Positions 1 to 12,928 of a stretch of 61,906 nt of DNA are shown here, piece after piece (the first letter of the stretch is position 1; every line of letters starts with the position of its first letter). A program made the position numbers and the translations under genes. Below the pieces are notes generated by a model. It worked only from the letters and a program-made list of their open reading frames with translations. It searched no databases and was not told the DNA's origin. The stretch comes from Octopus bimaculoides (Eukaryota). The stretch spans positions 96,511,309 to 96,573,214 of the forward strand of contig NC_068983.1 of assembly GCF_001194135.2 (NCBI RefSeq), read 5' to 3'.

Positions 1-47
<47 letters not shown>

Positions 48-175
48 GTATATATAAATATATGCGCATATATATATATGTATATATATATATATATGTC
101 TATATATATATGTGTGTATAAATATATATTTCTATGTATATATATATATGTATATACACACATACATAATACATA
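1..175. repeat. (TA)n / degenerate TA-TG microsatellite
   Basis: Pure (TA)n at 1-37 decaying into TA/TG mosaic. Confidence 0.95.
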
Positions 176-342
176 CATAAAATACTTCTCTAAGTTATTA
201 TTATTTCATCTCATTCGACCAATAAAACTTCCTTAACTACTTTTTAATCACTTCTTTCTTCTTGTCTTCCATTTTCTAGAGCTTGTGTCTTCAATGTTCT
301 GTCTTCTGTCTCTTCCTCTTCTGTTTCCTCCCCTCTTCTTCC

Positions 343-413
343 ATGATGATGATGATGATGATGATGATTACGATGACGATGACGATGATGACGACGACGA
401 CAGTGATGATTGC

Positions 414-479
<66 letters not shown>
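343..479. repeat. (GAT/GAC)n followed by (CAT)n trinucleotide array
   Basis: Direct reading; strand switch at GATC 447-450. Confidence 0.95.
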
Positions 480-960
480 TTCCTTCCTTCCTTTCTTCCC
501 TCCTTCCTTTACTTCTTACTCCTTTCATTCGTTTCATTTTCCTTTCTTCCATTCTTCCTTCCTTGTAGTCACATTCACATCCATTCTTCTTCATATTTCC
601 TTCTTTGTTTTTTTTTTCTCTCCGCTACTTTTTCTTTCCTTTTTTTTTTAATTCACTCAGAAGTATTCTTGCTAAATGGTGACAGTAAATGTAAAATTCT
701 GCCAAGCCATTTAATCAAATACAAAACTATTGCTCTTTCTTAATCAAATGAAAAACTCTAGTTTATCACGATTTGCACATCTTTAATACTTATTATCCAA
801 TAAAAACTGCCGCTTTTTTCTGTTACCGACTAATCTGAAATATCTTCTATCAAAATAGAGATCTTTGCGTACTTGTTATTTAATTCCAAACAACGATTAT
901 TACTGGAATTGCATCTTAGCGAGATATCAACAATAAAGATCGATCGAATATGTCACATGG

Positions 961-1055
961 GAGAGAGAAAGAGAGAGAGAGAGAGAACGAAAAAGACACA
1001 GAGAGAGAGAGAGAGAGGGGGAGAAAGGGAGTGAGAGAAGAAGAGAAAGAGAGAG
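961..1055. repeat. (GA)n-rich microsatellite
   Basis: Direct reading. Confidence 0.9.
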
Positions 1056-2357
1056 TCGATTAATCGTACGATATTTTTTTCAAAAGTTGTTTTTTTTTCT
1101 TACTGATGTATTTTATATATATGTTATAAAATCATGAGGAGAAGTGTATCACATACAAAATCTAGTTTATCGATGCTCACCAATGCAAAATGCGAAATCT
1201 AATTATATCATGTAGAAAGTTTCTCTATGGGAGGGAGGAAAAATCCTCATTATGATTTGCTAAAATGGAACTTTTGTCATGTAACAGAAATTGTGTGTGT
1301 TTGTTTGTGCATTTGTGTGTGTGTATGTGTATGTGTGTGTGAAATATATATATATTTATTGTATGTATGTATGTATGTATGTTGTATGTATGTATGTATG
1401 TATGTATGTATGTATGTATGTACGTATGTACGTACATACGTATATGTACATCCATGCATACACATATATAAAAGTAGTAGTATTCATTACGCTCACATAT
1501 ATGCGTATGTGTATGTGTATAAGTATGTCTGCCTATCTGTGTGTGTGTGCGTATTAGCTTGTTCATCAAATTTGTAGATATCTACCAGTTGCAAATAAAA
1601 ACGAAAAAAAAAGCAGAAAAAGAGAAAGAAAGTCTGAGAGAATATTTCTCCATTTATTGGTTCTGGTAGAGAAGTATTTGCTACAGACCACACATACTAA
1701 TATTCGGTTACACCAGCTTTGTCAGTGGGTGATTGTGATCTTCGCTTTTAGCTGTTTGGAAGGTGGTGAAAATTTGTGTTCATTACAAAGATGCTGTGTT
1801 CAGAGCATTTCCTTCAAAGAAGGAAGTAACTGCTGATACATGATTCCACTTCATAATGTTCGATATTTGGAAGAAATGTAGATAATCAGTAGATGCTAAA
1901 CTAGCGGAACTTCTTTTTCTAGACGCCACAAAATATCACTTGCGTGGCTCAGTTGAAAGAGTATCATAGAAGATATCTTTCTTTGGACCATGGCTTCTAG
2001 CCTTGCATGATAGTTGCTCCTTCAATGGCTTGCTGTTGCAAACTTTGAAGCTGTAAAATTGTAGGAATTTTTGGAATTTAACTTTTGTTTCCATGCCTCG
2101 TTTTTATGAAATATAAACCTACCACTAACTATACACAAACGTAGGTATGTAAACATTGGATAAGCGTTGGTTACTCAGAGTTCATTCGACATATGATAGG
2201 CCTTGTCTTTTGACCTGCAGTGTCTGAAAATCACCATTCTCACCAAGTAAGGTCAGTACGATCGCTAATTTGTCGTTGACAAGCTCGTAACAGAGAATGT
2301 TGTAACACAAACAAGTAACCTGGCAGTACACAAACACGAACACAATGACTCGCCCAG

Positions 2358-2406
<49 letters not shown>

Positions 2407-2759
2407 NNNNNNNNNNNACACGCAGACGCACATATACAAACACAGACGTAGATGTACACACACACACACACACACACATTTATATATATTGTTAGTTGGT
2501 ACTTCACATTGTTGATAGGTTTTTTTTTGAAGGTGCGTCGTTAAGGAAAACGATGGAAAGCGAAACCAATTTTACCATAAGCTCGATGAGAGAAACGAGT
2601 GAAATTTCTTCGAGATAGTCAAAACTCAACAGCATCTAGAAACACATGTTTAATCTTCATGTATTCAAGAAAATTAGTAAGATAATAATTTGCTTTAAAA
2701 AAATCATATCCAATTTTGGTGTCGTAGATTCTTTTCACCAATTTATTGCATTCCATGTA

Positions 2760-3235
2760 ACATTTGTACATATTAACCTCTTTGTTTCTTAATGCCTCTT
2801 TCTTTGAGTGTCTTTCTCGATGAAAATGACTGTAGCTTTATGTAAAAAGAAGAAAGCCTCAGGCTAATATTTCACTGTTTTTAAACACAGTACTGTTCTA
2901 CCAATACGAGATCTTCATTAGATAATTTTTCACCACGTATTTCAAGTAATTCCACATCTTTGCAATTTTCATTAAATCTAGCATTATGTGCCTTCTCAAC
3001 AGTCTCCTGATGAGAATTAGATTTTACTTTAAACAGAACACTGTGGCTGCTTTCAATTCTCACTGCATTTCTGTCAACTTTTCAAATGCACTCAAGATAT
3101 CACAGTAATAATGCCACTTTTTCACTTTCCCAGAGTTTAATCAATTGCCTAAACGTTGAATGTAATATCTTCCTGGTCTATAGACAAAATGAGGTCAGTT
3201 GTGCTTTGAGTCAGAATAGCTATTAAAAATTACAA
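2760..3235 (-). mobile_element. Tigger/pogo transposase C-terminal remnant
   Basis: Minus-strand translation QETVEKAHNARFNENCKDVELLEIRGEKLSNEDL resembles the Tigger C-terminal 'DV.ELL...GE.LSNEDL' segment; multiple stops. Confidence 0.55.
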
Positions 3236-3386
3236 GTTACCTCTCAAGTTATCCCAAGCTGGATGGCTGAAATGGTGCGCTAATTCCGAAAAGCAGTGCT
3301 TACTTATATATATATATATATATATANNNNNNNNNNNNNNNNNNNNNNNNNNNNNNNNNNNNNNNNNNNNNNNNNNNNNNNNNNNN

Positions 3387-3435
<49 letters not shown>

Positions 3436-3789
3436 GTGTGTGTGTGGCTTGATAATACTCTTTGACCATTGGAAACAAAAACATAAAACTCAGCTTGAAA
3501 CACTTTTCTGGTGATTCATCACTTTTTATTTGAACACCGTATACACCCTTCCCCATATATATATATATATATACATATAGTAGACAGATGAGATCCACTT
3601 AGTAGTGCTCAAAAGATTCAAACTTAGATTCCGATGTCTTTACAGGGAATCTGAAAGTTTCCACTTTTTGCATCCTCTCGTTTTGCATGTATACATATAT
3701 ACATATTTTGTATTTGATGTTAAATAAATTTGAAATATTTGATGTCACATTTGTTTATCCGCATAATTGTGTGTGTGCGTGTATGTATG

Positions 3790-4513
3790 TTATCAATCAG
3801 TTTCATTTCTGTATTTCTTATCCATAGAGAAAGAGCCGGACTCTAACATAGATTCAAGGCTCCTTCATTGGAACTTTTATCAACATCATCTAGGTATTTG
3901 TGCATATGTGTGTGTGTGCAGTATTTGGTGTTAGTGTATGCACAGATTTGTATGTTTGTTTTATGGATGCGTTTTTATGTCTAGATGCATGCATATGTAT
4001 TTATGTGCTAAATTTTTGGGAAGTTTTACATATCTTTACAGTTCCATTGATGGCTTGAATCTGTAGTCTTCTAATCAGCCTTTTTCTTTCAGGTTTTGAG
4101 AACCCTAATTTTTCCAGGTTTTTGTTGAGGCAGTTCGTTACATATCCCAATGCCCCAACAATCACGGGTATGAATCTGAACTTGTAGTCTGGGTGGAGTA
4201 TCTGTAAATTTCTCAGTAGCTCGGCGTAGTTGTTCTCTTTTTCTCTAATCTTTAGCGTGATGTTGACATCCGCAGGACAGCTGATTTCTACTACTGTATA
4301 CAGTATCTCTTCTCTGTCCCAGATTACTATATCCGGTCTATTATGTCTGCACTTTATTGAGGTTTTTATTGGGACATTCCACCAATACTCTTTCATATTG
4401 TGAGTCGTGATGGCCTCTACCTCACTATGGGTTTTCATCTCCTTAGCCCCGGGGTTATCCTGTCGGCGGATTTCATTGTACAGTGTCTTGGCCACAACAT
4501 CATGTCTCATAGG
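3790..4513 (-). mobile_element. 5'-truncated R4/Dong-clade non-LTR retrotransposon (RLE endonuclease end plus 3'UTR) inserted in (CATA)n
   Basis: Open ORF 4001-4510: (P)MRHDVVAK...NRPDIVIWD...VEISCP...KENNY...IPVIVGALG is an RLE (PD-(D/E)xK) C-terminus; ~210 bp 3'UTR to ~3790; TATG repeats at both junctions. Confidence 0.9.
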
Positions 4514-4570
4514 TGTATGTATGTATGTATGTATGTATGTATGTATGTATATATATGTGTGTGTGTATGT
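4514..4570. repeat. (TATG)n microsatellite
   Basis: Direct reading. Confidence 0.95.
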
Positions 4571-5604
4571 ACACAGACAAATACAGCTTGCATCAATGAC
4601 ACTGGCTCCATTTGCTTTCCTCTGGAGATCATGATAATTTCAGCATCTTCCGACGATGTTGAGCAGCATTGATTCTACCCTGAATGCCCGGATTACTTTG
4701 GATCGTACTGTAATTCGAATTTTCCCTCTGTCATTAACGCAGCCACTATATCGAGCTGTGTTCAGTCAAACTGCTCTAACTATGCACCACTTACAGAAGA
4801 TTCGCTCTTAACTTCTTAGATTTGACGTTTCTTTCGCATGCCTTCGCTATCCTTACGAAGTATTTACTCTTTTTCCCTATCTAGACACGAATTCACTTAC
4901 TTTTCTGTTTTCTACGTGCAATACCTATACTATAGGACATGGCTACAAGCTCACAACAGCGTTAACTCAACTGGAAGCACCGTATACAGACATTCATTGC
5001 TTCCCTGGGTGTCATCGGATCGGAACTTTTTTATATCAACCTGAACTGTACCATAATATTTGCTGGGAAACGCGAACACTTCCTCTCTGCCCTCCTGCTC
5101 TTACGATTCATTAGTACTCTGCAGAAGATTGTACACGCACGCATGTATGCATCTACGTTCACATTTTAATTTATTATAACTTTTTCTAGAAGGCGGTTAC
5201 TGGTTTCTAACAAAGAATATTTGGAAAGCCTTGAAAAATTTTAATGTTTCTCTTTCAGATTGTATATGTAAAGCGTGATGTTAGTCGGTCTCTTTCTTGG
5301 CTTGAAAATCGTAACATTTCCATATTGTCACTTAGACGTTCACTAACATCATTCTAAAGATTATTAGTACACGTTTAAATTTATAATCATGGAGGGGGAG
5401 CTGTAAGTTTCAAACCACTTGTCCATAAATATTCTTCTTCTCGTTGATTTTACTGTAGATTTCACGTCTGCAGGGTAACTAACCTATAATTCTACACATA
5501 ACTCTTCTTTTCTAAATCAAGTAATAACATCAGGCCTGAGATGATAGACATTTTGATGGGAAATTTGATGGGAAATTTTCTAACAATATTCCCTGTATTG
5601 CTTA

Positions 5605-5830
5605 GAGGCGTGTGGTTTAGTGGTAGGGTTTTATAATTATGACTGTAAGATTGTGGTTTCGATTCCTAGACCGAGCGATGCTTTGTGTCTTTGAGCAGAA
5701 CACTTCCTTTCGCGTTGCTCCAGCCCACTCAGCCGGCAACAATGAATAAGCCTTCGGACCGGTGTCACGTCCAGTGGGGGAATATATACTTCACAGAACA
5801 AAAAAATAACAAGCTTCATGAGGCTATGAC
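5605..5830 (+). mobile_element. tRNA-headed SINE with TTGTGT(C/T)(C/T)TTGAGCA-AACAC central motif
   Basis: Box A-like GGTTTAGTGGTAGG and box B-like GGTTTCGATTCC; homologous to the copy at 34933. Confidence 0.75.
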
Positions 5831-5889
5831 TCAGGAGGGATCTTTGATCTCTTTTTAATTCAGTAGCAGAGGTACTTTTAGTATTCATC

Positions 5890-6786
5890 CCAGGGCAGTC
5901 TCTTCAGTGTATGGCATTGTATTTTGTTCCACCAAGACCATGTCATTACTTCGACAATATTTTTCAGGAGCTTCCACGGAAAAAAGACATAATTGATGTT
6001 TGCAGTTACATCTTGAGATTTTTAGGCCTTCGATGTTCCATGTGTTATCTTCTGCTCTGAGATTGCAAAATCGTAACCTCATACATATGGCTTGATGTAA
6101 CAGTCACAAGCCCATGAACGGCCACACGTCATGTTAATATTTTCATCCTCCTTAAGTTAACTGGATACCTATGTATCATCTTTTTGTTGTGTGTATGTAC
6201 TTACTTATGCAGTCAGGATTTTTCTACCAGAGCTTTGTTGAGATAAGCTTGTCATAGCAGCAATTCTGGGTCAGTATGGAAGGTCATCAGGAAGAATTTC
6301 TTGAGTTCAACATTTACTACAGGACATTCTCTCCATTTTTGAGCACTTGCTTGATGTATTTATTTATTTTTTTGCTAGAATTAAGCAGGTACTAAGTAAT
6401 ACACGGCAGTCGAAGGCAGTTTATCATAAACCTCTTTCTCCCTCATTCTACTGAGAATATTTAGTCTCTATTAACATCACAGTTTCCTTCACTGTTTCTG
6501 TGGAAACTACTTGATGGTCAAAATCTTGTGGATTTCCTCTTTAGGCCGGCCGAATATCCCGAATATTAGTTTCAGTACGTGTACTGTATGTGCATTGTTG
6601 CAAGTGCTCTTATTGCCCTATTTATTTGTCTGGTATAATATTCTATCTTTGTTCACAACACCTTTGGTATGACATGTTCAGCAATACATAGATATTAGAA
6701 GCACTCATTTTGTGGATGAGAACATTGATGCGTAGATACTGGACTAGGCGAACAGATTTTCCTGTTCAGCTGTTAGATACCAACCC
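5890..6786 (-). mobile_element. Heavily decayed R4/Dong-type LINE (RT C-terminus/thumb to CCHC region)
   Basis: Frameshifted translation gives KILTI..SFHRNS.DVNRL...EGERGL, KEDENI..SW..D.YI...GYDFAISEQKI and CNCKHQLC..VE; (CATA)n at its 5' side. Confidence 0.6.
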
Positions 6787-6870
6787 GTATGTATGTACGT
6801 ATGTATGTATGTATGTATGTATGTATGTATGTATGTATGTATGTATGTATGTATGAGTGTGTGTATGTAT
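6787..6870. repeat. (TATG)n microsatellite
   Basis: Direct reading. Confidence 0.95.
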
Positions 6871-7298
6871 ACATGGATAGAAAGATAATTGGAGGGATGG
6901 AGGGATGGAGGGATGAATAGCTAGATAAATGGACGTATAGTGGTGTTTTTGAATATCATAACTAGTGCTGATTGAATTTAACAGAACTAAAATTGCAGAT
7001 TATATAATCGTATGCAAAATGTTATAATTATGTATATGAAAAAGAAAATGAAACGGTTTGCAAATGTTGCATAAATGTGAGAGAATAAAAAGAAGTAACA
7101 ACGGAATGAGTATAAATATAGTTTCAAAAATTTTATAGCTGCATTCGAGGAAAACAAAAACCTTTAATCAGTGAGAAGTGAAAAGAAAAGGGTAAAGAAG
7201 ACAGCAATGAGTAATATCAAATAAGTGTTTACATCTATCTATCTATATATCTATCTATCTATTTATCTTTATCTCTCTCTCTTCCCTATACACCCCCC

Positions 7299-7382
<84 letters not shown>

Positions 7383-7469
7383 CAGATATAGCTGTATATG
7401 CCCAAATACACACACACACATACACAAACACATATGTATATATGTGTTTATATACAGACTATAATATTG

Positions 7470-7790
7470 TCGTGTAGGCGGTTGCTGGTATCCGGGAATT
7501 TTATTTTTCTCCTGATGGTTCCTCTGTGTTGATGGCTTGATGACTGAGAATGCCAATCCTCGCATGAAACAGCTGGGATCAAAAATAGTAAGGAAGTGTT
7601 TGTGGAGCATATGATTGTTTGAATCGTTGCATCTTTCGTTCTTCTTGGTTTCCCACTAATTTTCTTTTGCTTTTGTGTTCAAAAAGGCAAGTTCCAGTGG
7701 TGTTAGAGTTCCCTGTTTCAACGGTTGGCATTTGCCTGCCTTTGTACAGCGGAAAGGACATCCTTGTGGTCGAAGCATACTCTTCATTTT
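7470..7790 (-). mobile_element. RTE-clade LINE 3' end, decayed
   Basis: FEHKSKRKL...EERKMQR and QLFHARIGILSHQ resemble the RTE C-terminal 'F.ARIGL.SH' zinc-finger region. Confidence 0.55.
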
Positions 7791-8014
7791 AAGCACATGT
7801 TACAACTCTTATAGCTAATTAGCTAATAAAAAGTCCTCAACTCGGAAAGTAATAGCTGGACGCAAATTCAATTCCTTGTCGAAAACATTCGTTTAAATCA
7901 GAGTTTCCACCTGAAATATAAAATTGTAAGATCATATTTTTCTGTAGGGACATGTATTGTGATAGTGGCCAATGGTGCCAGCATTGAGTGAATTTGGTAG
8001 ATGGAAGACCGTTG

Positions 8015-8087
<73 letters not shown>

Positions 8088-8281
8088 CTATGTATATATA
8101 TATATATATATATANNNNNNNNNNNNNNNNNNNNNNNNNNNNNNNNNNNNNNNNNNNNNNNNNNNNNNNNNNNNNNNNNNNNNNNNNNNNNNNNNNNNNN
8201 NNNNNNNNNNNNNNNNNNNNNNNNNNNNNNNNNNNNNNNNNNNNNNNNNNNNNNNNNNNNNNNNNNNNNNNNNNNNNNNNN

Positions 8282-8811
8282 AATACTATTAACGGACAAC
8301 AAGTGGACGTGCACAAGGGGAAAAGAGAAACTTTGATGTTTCGAGCATAGCTCTTCGTCGGAAAAGAGAAAGGAAAACAAAAAGAAGGAAAAAAAGTTGC
8401 CAACAGCACGTGTGTAGTTATATTGCTGAAATGAACGGAAGTAGGAAGAGATAGAAAAAGTGGTTTTTGGAGACAGAATAGTGAGGCATGATGAGGTGGT
8501 GTAGGTGTGAATGACGGGGAGGACACGGAAAAGGGAAGGAGTAAGGAAAGAAGGAGAACTGAAGAAGAATGAAATGAAGTGGAAGAGTTACGGACAAATT
8601 AAAATGATTCACAATCAAAGGTGCAGAAAGAATGTACTCCGGAGGAATTTAGAGGTAACGTACTCCAAGGGTAGAGTAAGAAATCCATAAATCAGGTGCT
8701 CCAAATCAGTCAGAAGACCAGGAGTCGCTCATGTACACCAGCCCGATCAGGGAATCGAACTCACTAACTCATGATTGTGAGCCCGACGCTCCAACCACTG
8801 AGCCATGCGCC
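8282..8811 (-). mobile_element. Chimeric SINE: tRNA-like head, internally deleted SINE body, pyrimidine-rich Penelope-like tail with hammerhead-like motif
   Basis: Head GGCGCATGGCTCAGTGGTTGGAGCGTCGGGCTCACAATCATGAG..GAGTTCGATTCCC; motif CCGACGA-A-GAGC-TAT-GCTC-GAAAC at 8361-8338; close inverted copy at 9884-10177. Confidence 0.75.
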
Positions 8812-8822
8812 TGTATATATAT

Positions 8823-8859
<37 letters not shown>

Positions 8860-8869
8860 NNNNNNNNNN

Positions 8870-8900
<31 letters not shown>

Positions 8901-8902
<2 letters not shown>

Positions 8903-9075
8903 CCAAGTGTCTTTGTGTTTGTCTCCTACCACAGCTTGACAACTGCTGATGGCTTGTTTAGACTCTGAAAAGTAGCGATTCGGAAAAAGAAACAGGCAGG
9001 ACAAAGTACGAGACCTTAAAATATGTACTGAGATCGATTTATTTAGCTAAAACTCTTCAAGGCTGTACCTCAAAT
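8901..9075 (+). mobile_element. 3' half of the (CA/TG)n-containing SINE family, decayed
   Basis: GTGTTTGTC..ACCA.AGCTTGACAAC..GATG matches copies at 20960 and 48475. Confidence 0.6.
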
Positions 9076-9883
9076 CTATAGTAGAATACACTTGAAGAAA
9101 GTGCTTGCTGTTCAGTACGATCGAATTCTGATCCACTTGCCGTTTGTGAAGTATACTTCAACCACATAGCCATACCAGTACTTTAGTAATGATAACATAG
9201 TATATTATCTGCTTGTTATTTCCATTTAAGATAGTGTTAAAGAATGAAAATTATAAGAACATCCTTTGCTAGGAAGCTACGAGCTAGTGAAATTACGTAA
9301 AAAAAAATGGAAGAACATTATTGTGAAGTGTCTTCTTCAATTTCAAATTGTGCAGCATTATTGGTGTATTAATATAGTATTTTAGTATATAGAAATATAC
9401 TATACGTTACTTATTCTTAATATAGCTAAGTTATGACCAACAACTTTTAGGCTCGATATGTATTTTTCTATGTTACTAATACGAAGATAATAATTCACTT
9501 ACCATTGGGAGGGTATACTTGAATGGAAAAAGAAAAGAAAAAGAAACGTTGTGATAGTTTAATATCATTTTTATATGTCTCGTTTTCTTATAAGGAACCT
9601 ACTAGTCTTTTCTACTGATGAATAAAATTCTTGTCTTTGAATTTACCACATTACATTTTATTCCAACTTTCACGGCTGTTTTAGAAGCTTCTTTCATAGT
9701 TCTACTGAACGATTTGTATTTAGAACGTTGGATTCCTATATTTAAAATTCACACGATATTTTTCAGAGAAAATAAAGGTTGGAAGCATGAAGTAATATTT
9801 ATCTCCCAGTTTACTCATTCTTCTATGGTTACAGTCATTTTACTATGAATTCGTCGCTAATGCTAATAATCCTTTAGTAATAT

Positions 9884-10177
9884 TGAGCATGGCTCAATGG
9901 TTGGAGCGTCGGGCTCACAACCATGAGCTAGTGAGTTCGATTCCCGGATCGGGCTGGTACACATGGGCGACTCCTGGTCTTCCGACTGATTTGGAGCACC
10001 TGATTTATGGATTTCTTACTCTTCCCTTGGAGTACGTTACCTCTAGATTCCTTCGGAGTACATTCTTTCTGCACCTTTGATTGTGAATCATCTTCATTTG
10101 TCCGTAACTCTTCCACTTCATTTCATTCTTCTTCAGTTCTCCTTCTTCCCTTTTCCTTCTCCTCTCCGTTACTCACA
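9884..10177 (+). mobile_element. Second copy of the chimeric SINE, truncated before the hammerhead-like motif
   Basis: Reverse complement aligns with 8500-8808 at roughly 90% identity by eye, including the chimeric junctions. Confidence 0.8.
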
Positions 10178-10681
10178 CCAACAATATTTAATAATCACTT
10201 TAATCCTCTGTTTCTAAACTCGTAAAATCACGACAATGTGTAATATATTAGTCTACAATCTTGTTAACAAATAAACAAATAAAAATAGTTATCGTTTTAT
10301 ATCTGAGTTTACTAATGTAGCCTATGTATTTTAATACTTTAGTTCATTTGAGCTACGATGGAATATTGACTTTCTTTTTACTATTTCACTCATTTCAATA
10401 ATTGAACTGTAGCTATATTGAGATACAACTGTCGAAGTTATAGGTAATTATATCGATTCCAGTAATCCTTTTATCGATTGGTGTTTGCATTCTTGATCGT
10501 GGGAGAATGCAAGGCAGGATTTGACCTGAGGTCTTGAAAGAATATAAGCAAATGCCCTGCGGTATTTCCCAACGCTCGATTGAATCTGCAATCCAACTGA
10601 CACATGTGAAAGTAATTTGATATTTCACCAACTTATAATCTAATAAATCAATATATGTATTTAATTATTGTTTATCATAAG

Positions 10682-10720
<39 letters not shown>

Positions 10721-10721
<1 letters not shown>

Positions 10722-11037
10722 TGGGAATTGAAAAGGAAAACAAACGATGCTGGACCATAGATATAACATGCCCAGCTGACAACAATTTATGCGATAAGGA
10801 AGAAAGAAAAGTCGATAGATATGACAGGTTAGCTTGGGGAGGTTAAGCAGTTTTGGTCGCTTGAAAAGTTGGTAGCAGTAACAATAATTGTCGGAGCCCT
10901 GGGAACAGTGAGTAAAAATCTTGAGAAATACATGGAACAAATAGGAGCTGCTTGGAATCGCTCGAATACTCCGGATGGTGCTCGAAAAATAAGGGGTATT
11001 ACCTTAGTTCACTGGTAGTGAACAACTGGCAAAGACA
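10721..11037 (+). mobile_element. 5'-truncated Dong/R4-type LINE 3' end inserted in (TAA)n
   Basis: IDITCPADNNLCDKEERKVDRYDRLAW/EVKQFWSLEKLVAVTIIVGALGTVSKNLEKYMEQIG..LLGIARILRMVLEK* (frameshift and internal deletion); (AAT)n on both sides; 3'UTR hairpin GTTCACT-GGT-AGTGAAC at 11007-11023. Confidence 0.85.
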
Positions 11038-11040
11038 ATA

Positions 11041-11112
<72 letters not shown>
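11038..11112. repeat. (AAT)n microsatellite
   Basis: Direct reading; partner array at 10683-10720. Confidence 0.95.
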
Positions 11113-11114
<2 letters not shown>

Positions 11115-12469
11115 TTGCTTCACAAGAATAAACAGTTCTACGACGTTGAAATGCTGTAGCTATGCAAGGATTCTGCGATAGATGTTAACTTACAATTACT
11201 TGTTAAGTAGTAGCTAAGGTAAGAGCAGTGGATTAAAAGACACGGTAATATTATAGTTAAATGCCTTACACTTAGGTTCTTTTCTGTCTATATTTTGCAG
11301 TCTAATCGACGCTCTTTGTTCCCCTGCAGCTGATCGGTAGGAGTTGAACAGAGAAAGTTTATTTATTTGACTATAGATCCCCACAAAAATATACTCCAAA
11401 TTTAGAAAATATTATCGGTTAAGTAGTCTTAAGTGAGTTTCTGAGTAAACGAGCCGCGATTAGAGAACATATTTAGGAGAGAGTATAAGCTAGTTTGTAC
11501 TTTATTGCAAGGGAAGAGAAAGCTATTGATAGGTATGAGCTGTGACTTTTATTGCAATTTCACGTCGTTAAAAGACGACGTTGCCTGGATGGCGGAGTAA
11601 ATATTGGCAAGTTTACGATGATTATTCTCGGCATTAGTGTTGATAGATACTCGCCACGATTGCTTCAGGAGATCAATGCCACGAAAGAATAGCTTCATAT
11701 TTTAAACACTCGGAAACACAACCCCTGTATCTCAAATATAGATATAAGAAGTTAACGCACCCTAAGACTTGGTTTTATGACTGTCTTTTTCGACATGAAC
11801 ATTTTTACTTCTGTGTTGAGTATTCGATCAACAATGTATAAGCTCTATTGCTATAGCCCCACTTCCGATATTGGCTTTACCTCAAACAAACGACTTTTTA
11901 TTTAGCACGATCTAATAATATGCTGAAAGTGCCAGGTAGTGACTATGTTAAATGTGTATCAGCATGAACCATCAAAGTAAAACTCTTAAGTCAAAGTCAT
12001 ATGTTAATTCTGTTAAGTTCTTATATTTTAAGAGCAATTTTCGCTTTAGCTCGTTCACGTGAAGCCCATCAGCAGCTGTTTCAATTGACATATTGTCACA
12101 TAAGAATTAATGGGGTGAATACTTAATCAGTTTCTGTCAGCGTAAAGGTATCAATGTGTGTCGCTTTCTATTGATATAAGACTACATAATTAGGGAAATA
12201 GCTTTTAGAAGTCGACATGAATATTTTATAGAGAGCTGTCAAACGACTAGTTTGCTGTTTGATAAATATGAATATTATACGGAGGAGTGGCGGGTTTCAA
12301 ATAAGAATTCTACTTTCTAATCGTTAGCCTTTATGCCATTTATAATCAGCACTGTGAAGTAATGGATGTAGATATCTGAAAACACTAACGTTTCTGGATT
12401 GTTCAAAAAGATCTGATAGAGGCATTCATATATACATACACTCTCTGAGGTACAAAGATCACACACACA

Positions 12470-12580
<111 letters not shown>

Positions 12581-12871
12581 CACATAAAAATTCATATACG
12601 ATCTCGTACACACATACACACGCACAATCAAGCATGTACATATAAAAGCACACTGTGATACTGAAACATTAAATACCCACATACACATACGCATATAGAC
12701 GGAAAGAAAATCACACACAGCGACATCCGATTATATACATAAACACATATATTAAAGATATGTGCTATAATTAATGACTACGCAGCTATGCATACAGATG
12801 GACACATACGCTGACGCGCACACATACTCATACAGATACACGTAAATTTATATGTAGAACGGGTGTACAGC

Positions 12872-12928
<57 letters not shown>

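Noticed and set aside
36-743. ORFs with poly-D/H/M/I and YI repeats
   Set aside because: Translations of (TA)n and (GAT)n/(CAT)n microsatellites; no coding signal.
8725-8811. tRNA gene candidates at SINE heads (also 5605, 9884, 15203, 34933, 48240)
   Set aside because: A/B boxes are present but there is no full cloverleaf, and each continues into a repeated SINE body.
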